DNA from: Piromyces finnis finn
Lineage: Eukaryota; Fungi; Neocallimastigomycota
Assembly: GCA_002104945.1 (NCBI GenBank)
Contig: MCFH01000001.1
Coordinates: forward strand, 1,302,001 to 1,366,000
Length of the DNA stretch: 64,000 nucleotides
Reading direction: 5' to 3'
In this document: positions 15,668-30,289 of the stretch, in pieces
Numbering within the stretch: the first letter of the stretch is position 1
How the letters are laid out: each line of letters opens with the position of its first letter
Made by a program: the position numbers and the translations under genes
The notes under the pieces: generated by a model
The model's database searches: none
What the model was told of the DNA's origin: nothing
Seen by the model: only the letters and a program-made list of their open reading frames with translations

Positions 15668-15712
15668 GTTTATTATTATTATGTTTATTATTATTATTAT
15701 TATGTTTATTAT
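15372..15712. repeat. Compound microsatellite ATGTTT(ATT)n
   Basis: Direct reading; it produces the spurious MFIIII ORF 15375..15761. Confidence 0.95.
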
Positions 15713-18700
15713 AATTAATAAAAATATTAATATATTGAGGAAAAAAATGGTATTTTCCTAAATAAATAATATTAAAGTATTAATATTATTTCTTAATATT
15801 TTCCTATAAAAATGATATTAATATATTATTTTTTTTATAAACATACTATGAATAGTTTAATTAGAAATTTTAATATTAAGATCTAAGACTATAATAATTA
15901 AAAACATTTATTTGTAATGGGAAAATAAATAATAATATTAATTTTTTAATTATATGCCTTTCATAAGCATATTGTTATATAATATTAAATAAAGAGTCTT
16001 TAGTCTGAAATGTCTATAAGATATTTAAATAAATAATATATATATATATATATATATTTAACTTACATATTTAATATATTTTTCTCATGATATCATGATG
16101 GGTTATTTAATTAATAGATTAATATCTTACTTTGAATTTCTCGGTATAAAAAATATAATTATTATAATATAAAATGTGTTATAACTAAAATATATATTAT
16201 TATTTATGTTATAGAATCATATATATATACAAGTTTTTTTGTATTATCCTTTCATACTATACAATTAGAATAGTCAGGATTTCATTATTTGACAATATTT
16301 TAAAAAAAAGCTAATATAACACTAGCATAAATATTAGCTTTGATGTTGATATTGGTGTTGTTGGCTCTAACATAATTTTATATTGATTTACAAAAATAAA
16401 TTAACACTTAAATTAACCTATAATGTTTGTATATCATAATTTATCTAATCTGCTAACAACTAACAATTATTAAATTTATCACAAAAAACTTTATATAAAT
16501 TTTATTATTTGTCGGAACCTATTTTAAAATAAAAATACTGTCTTTGTGTATTTATTTTTCTGTGCCAATAAAAAAAAAAGCAAAATAGCAAGAACAATAG
16601 ATATAATCGATATTTATAAATAAAAATAATTAAGCATTAATAATAAATAAACATATATATTTTAAATTTCACTATAATAATCTATATTAAAAGTTTTTTA
16701 GAAAATAAATAATAATAAATGGATTTATTTTTCTTTACTATTATAATACTAAGGATCAGCAAATCATATGGTTGATGAACAATTCAAATTTTTAAAATTA
16801 CACACATGATTCTTTAGAGAAAATAAAAATTATAATAATTCAATTTTCCATATGAGAATGTTGGTTAATTCAAACAATCTTAATAATAAAAATAAAAAAA
16901 AGTTATCTCTTGAAAAAAAAATATTTCAAAAATATTTTATTCTCAATAACTTTTATTTCTTCAATATATAGCATAAACTTTCATTATTATATTTTTAAGA
17001 ATAAATATACTTTACTTATTCTCAATGTAATATAAATAAGATCTAGTAAAATTTGTCAATTTAAATATTATTTTCTATTAATATTATTTTTAATAAATAA
17101 TATTTAATATACATAATTAAAATAGCTATCTTTGGCAAATTTTTTAAACTTTTTTTTTCAATAAATGTTTCATGTTTTAAAGAAAACATATCTTTTTTTT
17201 TTAATGTTTTTAATATAATGTAATTTATTCGTAATTTACTTTATATGAATAGATTAATTTTATAACTTATATATTATTAAATAGATGAAATTATTAACTA
17301 TAAATGTATAATTTAATATAACCATTTTTATATATTTCAATGTGATTCAATATCTATTTTCTTAAATTATATATTATGAAGTATGGAAAAAAAAAAAAAA
17401 AGTAAACAACATATATTAAAATTGTTTTATAAAAATAATGAAAAATAAATGACAATATAAAATAATATATACAATATAATATATTTAATATATATTTTGA
17501 TTTCTACTAAATATATTATTTTGTTAAAAGAAAAAATTATAAATTTCTAAAGACAAAGCCATATACAATAATTTTAATAAAAAAAATTTTAATATCATAT
17601 TACTAATTAAATATATCTTCATAATTTGTATTTTACTTAAAAGTATGAAGATATATTTAATTATTAATCTAAGTAAAATACAAATAGTTAAATAATTTAA
17701 CAAATTCTTTCACAAAATGAATAAAAAAAAAGTCCAAAAATAATGACCAGTAAAAAAATTGAAATCCAAAATGTATAAGCCATATTCATATTTAAAAAGA
17801 AAAAAAAAACATAATTTATTGCCAAATATATTTAATACTATTGAAATTAATATGAATTTTATGGCAACTAATTATAAATTTTATAATGAAAGAATGAATT
17901 AAAAATGATAAATTTGATATTTCTTTAAATTTCTCAATTGGATTAATACATAAATGTAATAAATGTTTCATGCATGAAAACTATTTTAAAACATTTAATA
18001 TCGCTAAAAAAAAATAAAATACTAATAAATAATATAAATAAAGTTTTCTTATTTAATGGGTGATGTTTTATAGTAAATAATAACATTTATTATGAAGAAA
18101 TAAAGGTAGGATAAACGATATCAAATTATAAAAACAATATTATGAACAATAATTAATTAGGAATATTGCTATATGACTATTATTGACACAAAAAATAATA
18201 TCCTATTATTTATTAATAAATAAAGTTCAATCAAAACTTTGATTGACTTTAATAAAATTAAATCATATTTAATATATTAATTTTAATTTTAATATATATA
18301 TCTATATAAATTAATATTTGAAATAATAATAACTTTATTTTATACTAATACTATAACTAATACAAAAAAAAAAACTGAAGCATATGATTAATTTAGACTA
18401 TAGAAAAAAAGAAATTTCCATTATTTTTTTGTTTTAATTTATCCAGACAAGAATAACAAAAATAGAATAACTTTGTTTGAAATATATTAATATATTTTAA
18501 TAATAAATTAATAATTTCATATGTAAGTTAAAAAGGAAAATACATAATAATTGTCTTTTATAATGTTGATTTAATATTGAAATAATAAACTTATATTAAA
18601 TTCATGAAGCTTTAGCAGTTTTCATTATTTTAAAATAATAAATATGAGCCATTTTAAAAAGAAAACCATTTATATTCTATTTCAATCTTAAAATATCCTA

Positions 18701-19825
18701 ATATAATAAAAACAATTAGTATGATATCACCTTTTTTTTAAAAAAAATAAAAAATATTGTGGCTTAGAAAAAACTATCATTAAAAGATGCCGTTTATTAT
18801 TTTTTCTCATACCATAATAGAAATATAATAGAAATTATAAAATTTTATTTGTTATAGTATTTTTTTTAAAAATTTTTTTTTTTGTTTTAAAAAAAATATG
18901 AGTATCCAATAATAATTTTTCATTATCTTGTCCTACCTATTCAAATTTTTCAAATAGTCAAATAAGCTATATATTAAAAAAAGTTATGTCTGAGTCACAA
19001 CAAAAATATCAATTTTTATAAATACTACCAATGTTTTTTACACAAATTATTATTATAGATACAGATATAGACTTGATATTAAAATTTCTATTGTCATTAT
19101 GATAATGGATTTTTAAATATTCATTTACATATATGTAAATATGCTTATATATATATATTTAAATTAGCCTTACTTAATTTAATCAATTGCATTATGAATA
19201 ACAAGATAATAATATTTAAAAATAAACAAAAATGTATTATTAAAACTATATTTGTATTTAATTTATTTAAATTTCAAAATTACTGAATTTGTATAAAAAT
19301 ATATATACTTCCGAATAACAAAAATTTCCATATTGAGTATTTTTATTTTTATAAATTTATTTGTAATCATTAATAAGTTAAATTATATAACTTTTTAATT
19401 GATTTTTTATTATATGTATAATTTATATGTAATATATTAAATTTAATATTGAATAGCATAAAATGTAACAATGTAAATAAGCGGCAATATTGAAGGAATT
19501 GACAATATAAAATGAAATACAGAACATAAATTTTAATACTAAAAAATAATATATAATAAAATGTTAATAAATTAAGAAATATTTAAATATTTATATTTAA
19601 TTTATTTCTAATAAAATAGAACATTTATTAAATTATATAAATAGGTGTTGAACATTTAAATACTACAAATTGAAGTGTTAAAAAAAAAAGAAAAAAGAAA
19701 TAATATTTTTATTTAATACTAACTATTCTATATTTTTCATTATTTATTTACATAGCTACATTTATTTTAATACATGTGAAAATTGATACATTTAATTTTT
19801 ACAAATGTAGATATTGATATTACTA

Positions 19826-20277
<452 letters not shown>

Positions 20278-20439
20278 TATTATATAAATGGGTTAAAGAA
20301 AAAAAAAAAGTATTTATTATTATTGTAAATGAATATTAATTTAATTTTTATTAACCTTATAAAAGAATTAGCCCTAGAAGTTATTTTATAAAAAGAATAA
20401 TGGAAAAAATAGTTTTGATTATGGTTATATTAATTTATA

Positions 20440-20995
20440 GTCGTTCCAGTTTTTATCCTGGTTGTTAAGGCGTTTCCTTAGCATACATAAGGCTTCTGGT
20501 TCGACCCCGCAGATGTCAGTGCCTGTGGATTTTCCCACTGGGTTTGCCATGGGTTGGGTTATGATATTCAGGTAAGTATAAATGAACTTTCTAATTTACT
20601 ACTATGATAATAACACTCGTCTAGCCGGCCTGAGAGGGTCTAGTGTACATGGTACATTCCAAATTAGAACTTAATAAGTGGTGACTTAGGCTATGCCAAA
20701 AACACGTAATATTCCTTAATCAATTTAAGTGTAAACATTAGGGGGCGGTTGACACGTGATCAAATTGACTATAAGAGGCTTAGCATTGTAGTTGTGAAAT
20801 ATCGTACAACGACATGCATCTAATGTACATGGATTAAGTGAGCGTCGAAGCTGAAGAAACAGTATGACAGACCAGGAGGGTCACAACCACCTAGCAATAG
20901 GAATGAGCCAACGTTTCTCTAAGAACCACCATTGGAGCTAATTCTGATCGATGGGAGAAATGCACTCGGAAGTTAAAAAAAAAAAAAAAAAAAAA
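20440..20995 (+). mobile_element. tRNA-derived SINE-like retroposon with poly(A) tail and 13-bp TSD
   Basis: GC-rich island in AT-rich DNA. TSD ATATTAATTTATA at 20427-20439 and 20996-21008; A21 tail at 20975-20995. The 5' head has a D-loop-like TGGTTGTTAAGGCG, a 5-bp/7-nt stem-loop CCTTA-GCATACA-TAAGG and a B-box GGTTCGACCCC. No long ORF. Confidence 0.85.
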
Positions 20996-23900
20996 ATATT
21001 AATTTATAATATGAATTATTAAAAAAAAATACCATAAATATAAAATAATATAAAATAGAACATTAGAAATTATTAATTTCATATTTAATATAATTAATTT
21101 AGAATTACATAATAATAATAATAATAATAATGTAGAAGTCGTTTATTTTTTTTTTTATTTGTTTGTTTATTTGCTTGTTTTTTTTTTTTTTGTTAATTTC
21201 ATTTTAAAATATATATTTTTTTTCTTTAATTGTTATATAAAAAAACTTTAAAAAAGATATTAATTTAAATTACTTGAGTCTTTTAATTCAAAATAAAATT
21301 ATTGTCAATACTTTATAAATCACTGCACATTAAAATTAAAATGTTATTATTTATTCTTTTTTAGAAACTAATAATATTTAATGAAATATGCGGGAAATAC
21401 CTTAATAATAAATGATAAAAATAAAAATTAATACAATATTATTTTAATGAAAGACTATATTATTTTATTCAACTAAAAATATTAATATAAAAAAAATAGT
21501 TAAATTTTAATAATAAAATTTTTTCTGTAAGAACTTTTTTTTTGTATCCCTTTTTATGATAATATTTTTTGTGTGACGTCTGAAATAAAATTTTTTCATT
21601 AACAATATGAAGAAAACTTTACTATTTTGATAAATGTACCAAATTAAATGGTATGTACTAATTTTATTAATTTTATTAGATTTCTTATATATTTAAAAAA
21701 CTATATATTATTAAATTATATTAGATAATATATTGATTTTAATTTAATTTAATTTATTTGGCTCAAAATTGTGAAATAGATTATTAATTGATTATTAATA
21801 TATTATTATAGAATTCCTAATCCTTCGTTTTTGCCTTATACAAAATTCAATATTACAAAGGTTATTTTTGAAAGGTATATAATCTAAGATTATAAATCAC
21901 AGATAGGTAATTATATAGTAATGAATAAATAAAAAAAAAGAGAAATATTATATGTTTTAATATATGCTCAATTGAACTACCATGCTTTTAAAAAAATATT
22001 CTAACCCATAAGCACTTATTTTTAAATATAATATTTATTACCTTTTTTTTTTGCTACTATAATCACTCCATGTATTTAATTATTGCATCCTAATAATATT
22101 ATGAATGTTTTTTTTATTTTTTAATAACTAGAACAACTTTATAACTATAAAAATTGTGATTAAAGTAAACCTAGTAAAAAAATATATAATGATGCATATT
22201 TATGCAATTATTATTCAACTATTACTTTCATGTTTATATAAATTCTCATTAAATAGCTTTTTAATATTTATTATGATTAAAACAATTTTCATACAACAAT
22301 TGAACTAATAACAAAATCTGTAAAATTATTAAAAAAATATTATATATTACATATATTAAAAATTCATTAAACTATTTTTTTAATTATTCCATCTTTTAAT
22401 TTAGGTTAAAAGAGTAGTTAGTTTAGCTTATATTTTTATTTATTAATTTTTATTTCTTATTAACTTTTTTTGATTTACTTTTAATTTACAATAAGTAAAT
22501 AAAAATTAATAAATAAAAATATAACACAATTTTTTAATATAATAAATTATTAATAAAAAGGAAAATTAATACATTAAAAATTCTGTAATGTTTATATGAC
22601 TTTATTAATTTTTTGTTTTAAAAATATATTATTTATTTCAATTTTATTTATAATTATAATTTGATGCTTATCCTAATCTCTAATTATATTTAATAATTAA
22701 TATTTTAATTTATTTGGTATAAATTAAAAACAAACATGATTTAATTTATTCACCATACTACATTTCCATTTTTTTGACTTTTAACATATTAAAAAATATA
22801 ACAGTATAATATAAATAAATAATATATATAAAATTATCCAAAATATTGCTTCTACACACAGATAAAACATCCTATTTAGATTCCCATTTAAATAATTGTT
22901 TATATCGATTTTAATATTTTAATTCATTATTTTTATTTACCCAAATTTAAAAAAAGGAAATTAATCATAATTCTGTTTTTTTAAGGGATTAATAATTTTT
23001 TTAAGATAAAAATACATTTATATACTAAGATTTAGCTTATTTTGATAATAATAAAAAAAAACTTGAAATATAATTTTTACCATTAATGAATAGTATTTTT
23101 TTTTTAATAATAATAATTATATAATTATATTTATGATAATATAATAAAATGGATGATTTAGGAAAAAAAAAGAATAAATTTTAACATCTTTAATAAAATT
23201 TTAATTTAATACAATGTTGTTATTAGTTATATTAATATTTAATGTTTACCTTTAATAAATGTTTTAATATAATAATTCCTTCTTTCTTACTATTTTAATT
23301 TAAAAAAAAGAAGGAAATGTTACATTTCATTTTTAAAAGTGTTAATATAAAAAAATTATATTCAAAATTAAGAAATAATACTAAATTAACAATATTTAAG
23401 GATACAATATTAAAATAATCATAAAATTATAGTAAATCTCCATCGACTCATTATTATTTATTATTAATTCTATTAATTTAATACGCCGTAGCCTGTGATA
23501 ATAATAATATAAAAATTAAAAAAAAGGTTAATTATTAATATTTTTGAATTGAATTATTAGATTTTCAAACCTTATTAGATATTAAATACTTGTGTAAATT
23601 TTTCTACTAAACCTTGCTTTATAGTATAATTTACAAGGTAACGTCCTTTTAAAAATCTTTATTTTTTTTTTTTAAGCAGCAAGCTTGAAAATCTTCAATT
23701 ATATTTATCGTATTGTTAAAGTCTATCTCATTTTTTTTATAACAATTAAAGTATTTATTAGTATTGCTATTTTGATCATAGTTATAATTTTTTATACTGA
23801 AATTGACTACTATTATAATCGTAATTAATTTGTGAATATTATTATTACTTTTTATTTTTAATTGTTATACTTATTATATTATTATTCATTATGAAGAATC

Positions 23901-26900
23901 AATCTAATTTCCTTAACTATTATTATAATAATTATACTTTTTTTTTTCTAGTTAATATATACTATAAATTTAGTATCTATACTTTGAATTGAAGGTGAAT
24001 TTTGAATAAACTGATTTTTTTTTTTTATTATTTTATTAAATATCATATTAATTAATTAAAGATAAAGGAGGACATAGTAAAAGTACATAACCAGTAAAAC
24101 TACTATAATTTAAATCATTTTTATTGAATTTTTTGCTATGAGAGACAAATATATATTAAATATATTATAATAACTAAAATTATAATATAATTTATAAAGT
24201 TTATTATATTGTATAATGTATTAACTGTTTATTAAATTAGTATTAAATCACATATCTCTTTTTTTTCTTTTTTTTTTAAAAAATATAATATTGTAACTAA
24301 TTCATTCATACGATGAATAAAATTATACAATGAATTAATAAGAATAGATAATAAATAAGGTTTATCATATTTAATTTAATAAGAAAAAAAAGAAAAAAAA
24401 ATATTACTAAAGCTTATTCTTTTTATTAAATTATTAATTTAAAAATATTGAAGCCTAACTTAAGCAATATTTTTATAGAAAATATTTCTTTTCAATATAT
24501 TAAAATAGAATTAATTTAATTAATTATAAAATATATAATATTATCCGTTGTATATTAAATTTAAATTAGATTGTTATTATTATATTAAATAATACTAATT
24601 TAATAATAAAACTATATATCAATAATAAATTAAAACTATTTTTAGTATATTTAAAATATATTATGATTTAATTATAAATCCACGGTATATTAAAAATATA
24701 TTGTAAAAATATTAATAAATAATGTTTATTATGTAATATATATTTTAGAGAATTCAAATTATATAATCTATATGTGAAGAAACTGTAATGGCTTATAATA
24801 AAAATTATATATTATAGATTAAATTGATTTATATTAATATATTGATAAAATAGTTTATAAAATTGTCCATTCTTTTTATTATTTTTGAAAAATAATGAAG
24901 AAATATTTCTCTTCAAAAAATTACTAATTATTTTTATACTTGAATAAATAGCTTATAGAAATTGTCATCCTAATAGTAGTGTATGAAATATGCAATTATT
25001 ATTTAGATTTAGTGCTGTGCAGTAAATTAAAAAAGTATAAAAAAGATAGGTTATAGAAGTATTATTTAAATTATATTATAACAGTTTATTTTTATTCCAT
25101 ATTACTGAATAGTATTTATAAAATAATATATTTATCTATATATTAAATATATTAATATACAAATAATTCTTATTTGAAAACTGTGATGTTGCAATAATGT
25201 TATAAAATATTTGATTTAGATATTATATAGTAATATATTATCACAACAATTTCATTATTAAAATATATTACGATAAAAATAAATACATATTAATATATAT
25301 TAATATACAAGCAATATATTATATTAAATATGAGATAAACTTTTATATTTATTGTTTTTCTATTAAAATGTAGTATAATATATTGATATTCATATAGAAA
25401 TAATTTCATATATTTTATTATATTTAATAATATATCTCGAGGTATACTGAATTGAATTTAATATACTTCTTTAAATTAATAGAATGAAGGTTATTTATTA
25501 ATTAAATGTATTGCATTATATTTAATTATCTAGACCAAATTGATTTTAATTTATTTTTTAATATTATGAAAATTAATTATTAAATTATTTTTCATTAAAA
25601 TTACTATATTGTAAATTAAATTAATTAAATTAATTATTTAATTTATATATTATGTGCAAATAAATTAATTTTTAATTTATTAATATTAGCATCCAGTAAT
25701 ATTAATATAATATATTAAATTAAATTATTATGTATATTATGAATGAAACAATACAAACGAAAATAAGTAACCATTTTAATTAATAATATATTATGTTAAT
25801 TAAATCCATTGAAATATGACATTATTATCATATATTATTTTATTAATTAAATTAGATATCATATATTATAATTGTAATATCATTACAATGCTGATGATTA
25901 TAGAATTAGAATTAACTCTAGTATATAATATCAATAATAAAATTACTTAATATATTAATAATTATTTTGTAATATATTATTAAATTAAACAGATAAATTT
26001 CATTTAATTGTTGATTTTATTTATATATTAATAATAAAAGTTGAACTTAATATATTTATATTATAATGTAAATAAATAACTATGGCATATATTTAATAAT
26101 ATTTTATAATATATTAATTTAAATCATATTTTTTGTTATTGAAAACATTGAATTTAAATTAATATATTATGATATTATTTTTATATATAATTTTGGATAA
26201 AAATATATTTATTATTTCTTTAAATAATATATTATTATTAAGTTTGTTATGAAATTAAGTTTTTCACCTAGAAAAATTAATAATGAAATGTTGTAAAAAA
26301 AAAATTCATATTTAAGTATAAAGTTTCTTCAATTTTTTTTTTTTTTTAATTTTATTTTTTTGGTTTAAAAATTAATTTAAATTTTTGTTATATATTTTTA
26401 ATATATAAATATTAAAAAAAAAATTAAAAAAAAAAAAGTAGATTTTAATTTTTTTTATTATTTGTTTTATAATAATAATTTAATATATGTTTTGATTATT
26501 AAATAGTATCAATAAAAAATATTGTGACTTTTTATTTTTTTAAAAATATAAAATAAATTTTATTAAATTATTTTGTTTTTTTTAAAAAAATAATAGCGAT
26601 AAAATAAACTCAATATTATATAATACTTTCATAGTTTTATTTTCTTTTACTAATAATTATCATTAAGTAAAAAGATAAAATTAAGAAATATTAAATTTAT
26701 ATGTAAAAATTTGAAAAAGAAATAAAAATATATAAATATTGAACGAACAAAAGAAATAATAAATTTGTGAATACATTATACATTTTAAACCGAAAATCAA
26801 TTATAAAAATCAATATTTTATTAAAAGAAAGAAAAATAAAATAATATATATTTTACCCTAATATTTTAAGGTAAATATGAATATAAAATAAAGATACAAC

Positions 26901-26948
26901 TAAAGTTTTATAAAAAAGGTATTAATATTTTTTTTTATTTAGTAAATA

Positions 26949-28493
26949 ATGTCTGATTCAAAAGGAAAAAATGAAAAATTAGTTGATAACACCATTCCTC
27001 GTGATGATGCTATCCCAGAAGAAGCTCCAGCTGGTACAAAGGAAGTTAAAAGAAGAAGAAGATTATCACCAGATGAAACTAGAATATTAGCAGAAATTTT
27101 TGAACAAACTCAAAAGCCAAATGCAGCTTTAAGAAGTCGTTTAGCTCAACAATTAGATATGTCATCAAGAGCTGTTCAAATTTGGTTCCAAAACCGTCGC
27201 GCTAAGCTTAAGAGAGATGCTTCTGAAGCTCAAAATAGTTATATTTTCGATAGAAATAGAAGATTAAGTCTTCATCTTTATGATCGTGACAACAATTATT
27301 ATATGCCTGATGGTATGGATGGTGTTCCAAGAAGAGCTAGTTATTCAGTTGGTTATCCACAAGTCAATCAAAATTATCAACCAATGATGAATGGTCAAAA
27401 TCAATATACAACTACAACTACTGGTCAAATGAATCAATATTCTCAAAATAATGGTTATGCTACTGGTAATTCTTTACAACCACAAACTAATAATATGACT
27501 TATCAAAACCAAAACGTTTACATGGGACAACAACAAGTTACTCATGTCCAACCAATACAAGAAAGACAAATTCAACAATCTATTCCAAATGAACAAATTA
27601 TGGTTAATAATACTAATAATGCTAATTACAATAATCAAAATCAACAACAAATGTATATTCAATATCAACAAGGAACTCAACAGGTTATTTCTAAACAAAA
27701 TAATGGACAACAAATTCAACAAATTGTTAATCCAATGAATTATTCAAACAACAGTATGCCACCACCATCTCAAGCCCAAAATAATCAAATTTTACAACAA
27801 ACCCAAAACAATAATCAAGTTATGGGAATTCAACAAATTGGTATTGTTGATCAACAACAAACTCAACAAAATCAACAACAATCTAATAATTACCCATTAA
27901 CTACTGGAGCTGATCTCAATTCAAACTCCTCTACTACTATTGTTCAACAAAATAATAATAATGGTTTAACTGTCACTACTTCAGGTTCTAATATTTATAA
28001 TCAATCTCAACAACCAATGTCTGGACAAGTAAGAAATTTACCATCACCACCATTAAATAACAATAAGCAAATGAGCTCTCCATATAACTATGTCAATAAT
28101 ACTAATCCATCACAAAACAATAATCAACAACAAAATAATAATTCTCCATACATGAACCAAAATAATCAACAATACCAACAAGGAATGATAAATAATCAAC
28201 CACAAAATATTTACACCGGAAATGAACCATTATCCCCAGTCTCAAAGGAAAATAATAATGCTGGTGCTGCTGCTGGTAACTCAACTCCATTAAACTGGAC
28301 TACAAATGTTGTTGGAAATGAACAAGGTATTAATTTAAATATGAACACTAATGTTTCTACTCCATCATACAATAATTCAACCAATCAAATAAATAATAAC
28401 AATACTACACCAAATTTTAATAATAATTATTATCTTTCTTATCCAAATCAAAAGCAAATGAATAGTTCATATATTTCTCCAGTAGAATCATAA
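26949..28493 (+). CDS. Homeobox transcription factor with long Q/N-rich C-terminal region, single exon, 514 aa
   Basis: Homeodomain RRRRLSPDETRILAEIF...RSRLAQQLDMSSRAVQIWFQNRRAKLKR in an uninterrupted ORF. Confidence 0.93.
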   Translation: MSDSKGKNEKLVDNTIPRDDAIPEEAPAGTKEVKRRRRLSPDETRILAEIFEQTQKPNAALRSRLAQQLDMSSRAVQIWFQNRRAKLKRDASEAQNSYIFDRNRRLSLHLYDRDNNYYMPDGMDGVPRRASYSVGYPQVNQNYQPMMNGQNQYTTTTTGQMNQYSQNNGYATGNSLQPQTNNMTYQNQNVYMGQQQVTHVQPIQERQIQQSIPNEQIMVNNTNNANYNNQNQQQMYIQYQQGTQQVISKQNNGQQIQQIVNPMNYSNNSMPPPSQAQNNQILQQTQNNNQVMGIQQIGIVDQQQTQQNQQQSNNYPLTTGADLNSNSSTTIVQQNNNNGLTVTTSGSNIYNQSQQPMSGQVRNLPSPPLNNNKQMSSPYNYVNNTNPSQNNNQQQNNNSPYMNQNNQQYQQGMINNQPQNIYTGNEPLSPVSKENNNAGAAAGNSTPLNWTTNVVGNEQGINLNMNTNVSTPSYNNSTNQINNNNTTPNFNNNYYLSYPNQKQMNSSYISPVES

Positions 28494-29181
28494 GTAATTA
28501 TTTAAGGAATAATGAAAGTCTTTCAACTTATATTTAGAAACATAAATAGGATTTTTTTAATCTTTGTGGTCCTATGACTTATAAATAATATCAAAAGATT
28601 AATTCTATTTTTTTTTAATATGAATTTTATTTTTTTATTAAGAAAATAATAAAATAAAATTCGAATATTTTTTCAATCAATTTTTGAAAAAAAAAAATTC
28701 ATTTTTATCTATTAAAAATGAAAATATAGATTTTTTTTTTAAAAATAGAAAAATTATTGAATTAAAAAAAATAGTTATAGAATTACTTTTTTCAAAAGAA
28801 AATTAATATGATATATAATATAGAGTATTTTATCGTCGTCTATATTCATTCAAAATTTTAATTTTCTATATTTAATTTTCATTTTACAATTTTTAAATTT
28901 TTTAATATTCATCATAAATATAATTTAAATGAACCTGTTTATTCGTATAAAATTAATAAATTCTTATCAATATTTATCCTGAAAGATTTTAAGGTAGTAT
29001 TTTAAATACTGAAAAAGTAGAATAGTTTATTTTTTTTTTTAAATAGTTTTATTTTAAATTTAATTTTCTTTTAAAAAAAAGAAAACATCTCATAATTACT
29101 ATTAATTCAATTGCTTAATATTATTTTTTTATTTTTTAAGATTTAAATGTAAATAATTAAATAATAAAATAAATAAAGTGA

Positions 29182-30276
<1,095 letters not shown>

Positions 30277-30289
30277 CATAATCTTTAAA

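Noticed and set aside
20440-20520. Functional tRNA gene at the head of the GC island
   Set aside because: No complementary acceptor stem, a non-canonical anticodon loop and an imperfect T-stem. TSD and poly(A) indicate a retroposon.
20420-20579. U1 snRNA gene on the minus strand (starts ATACTTACCTG)
   Set aside because: The downstream sequence lacks the U1-70K loop (GAUCACGAAG), the U1A loop (AUUGCAC) and a proper Sm site.
20622-20639. 18-nt match TAGCCGGCCTGAGAGGGT to a recalled bacterial 16S rRNA helix
   Set aside because: Similarity does not extend on either side. It is most simply a GNRA-capped hairpin, so there is no evidence of an rRNA fragment or contamination.
20845-20975. Hammerhead (CTGAAGA; CTGATCGA...GAAA), HDV-like, twister, group I and RNase MRP cores in the SINE body
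   Set aside because: The required stems and partner motifs could not be formed by eye. An Infernal search would be needed to exclude them fully.
26949-28493. Homeobox gene as part of an HD1/HD2 mating-type locus
   Set aside because: No divergently transcribed HD1 partner or other mating-locus genes are visible nearby.
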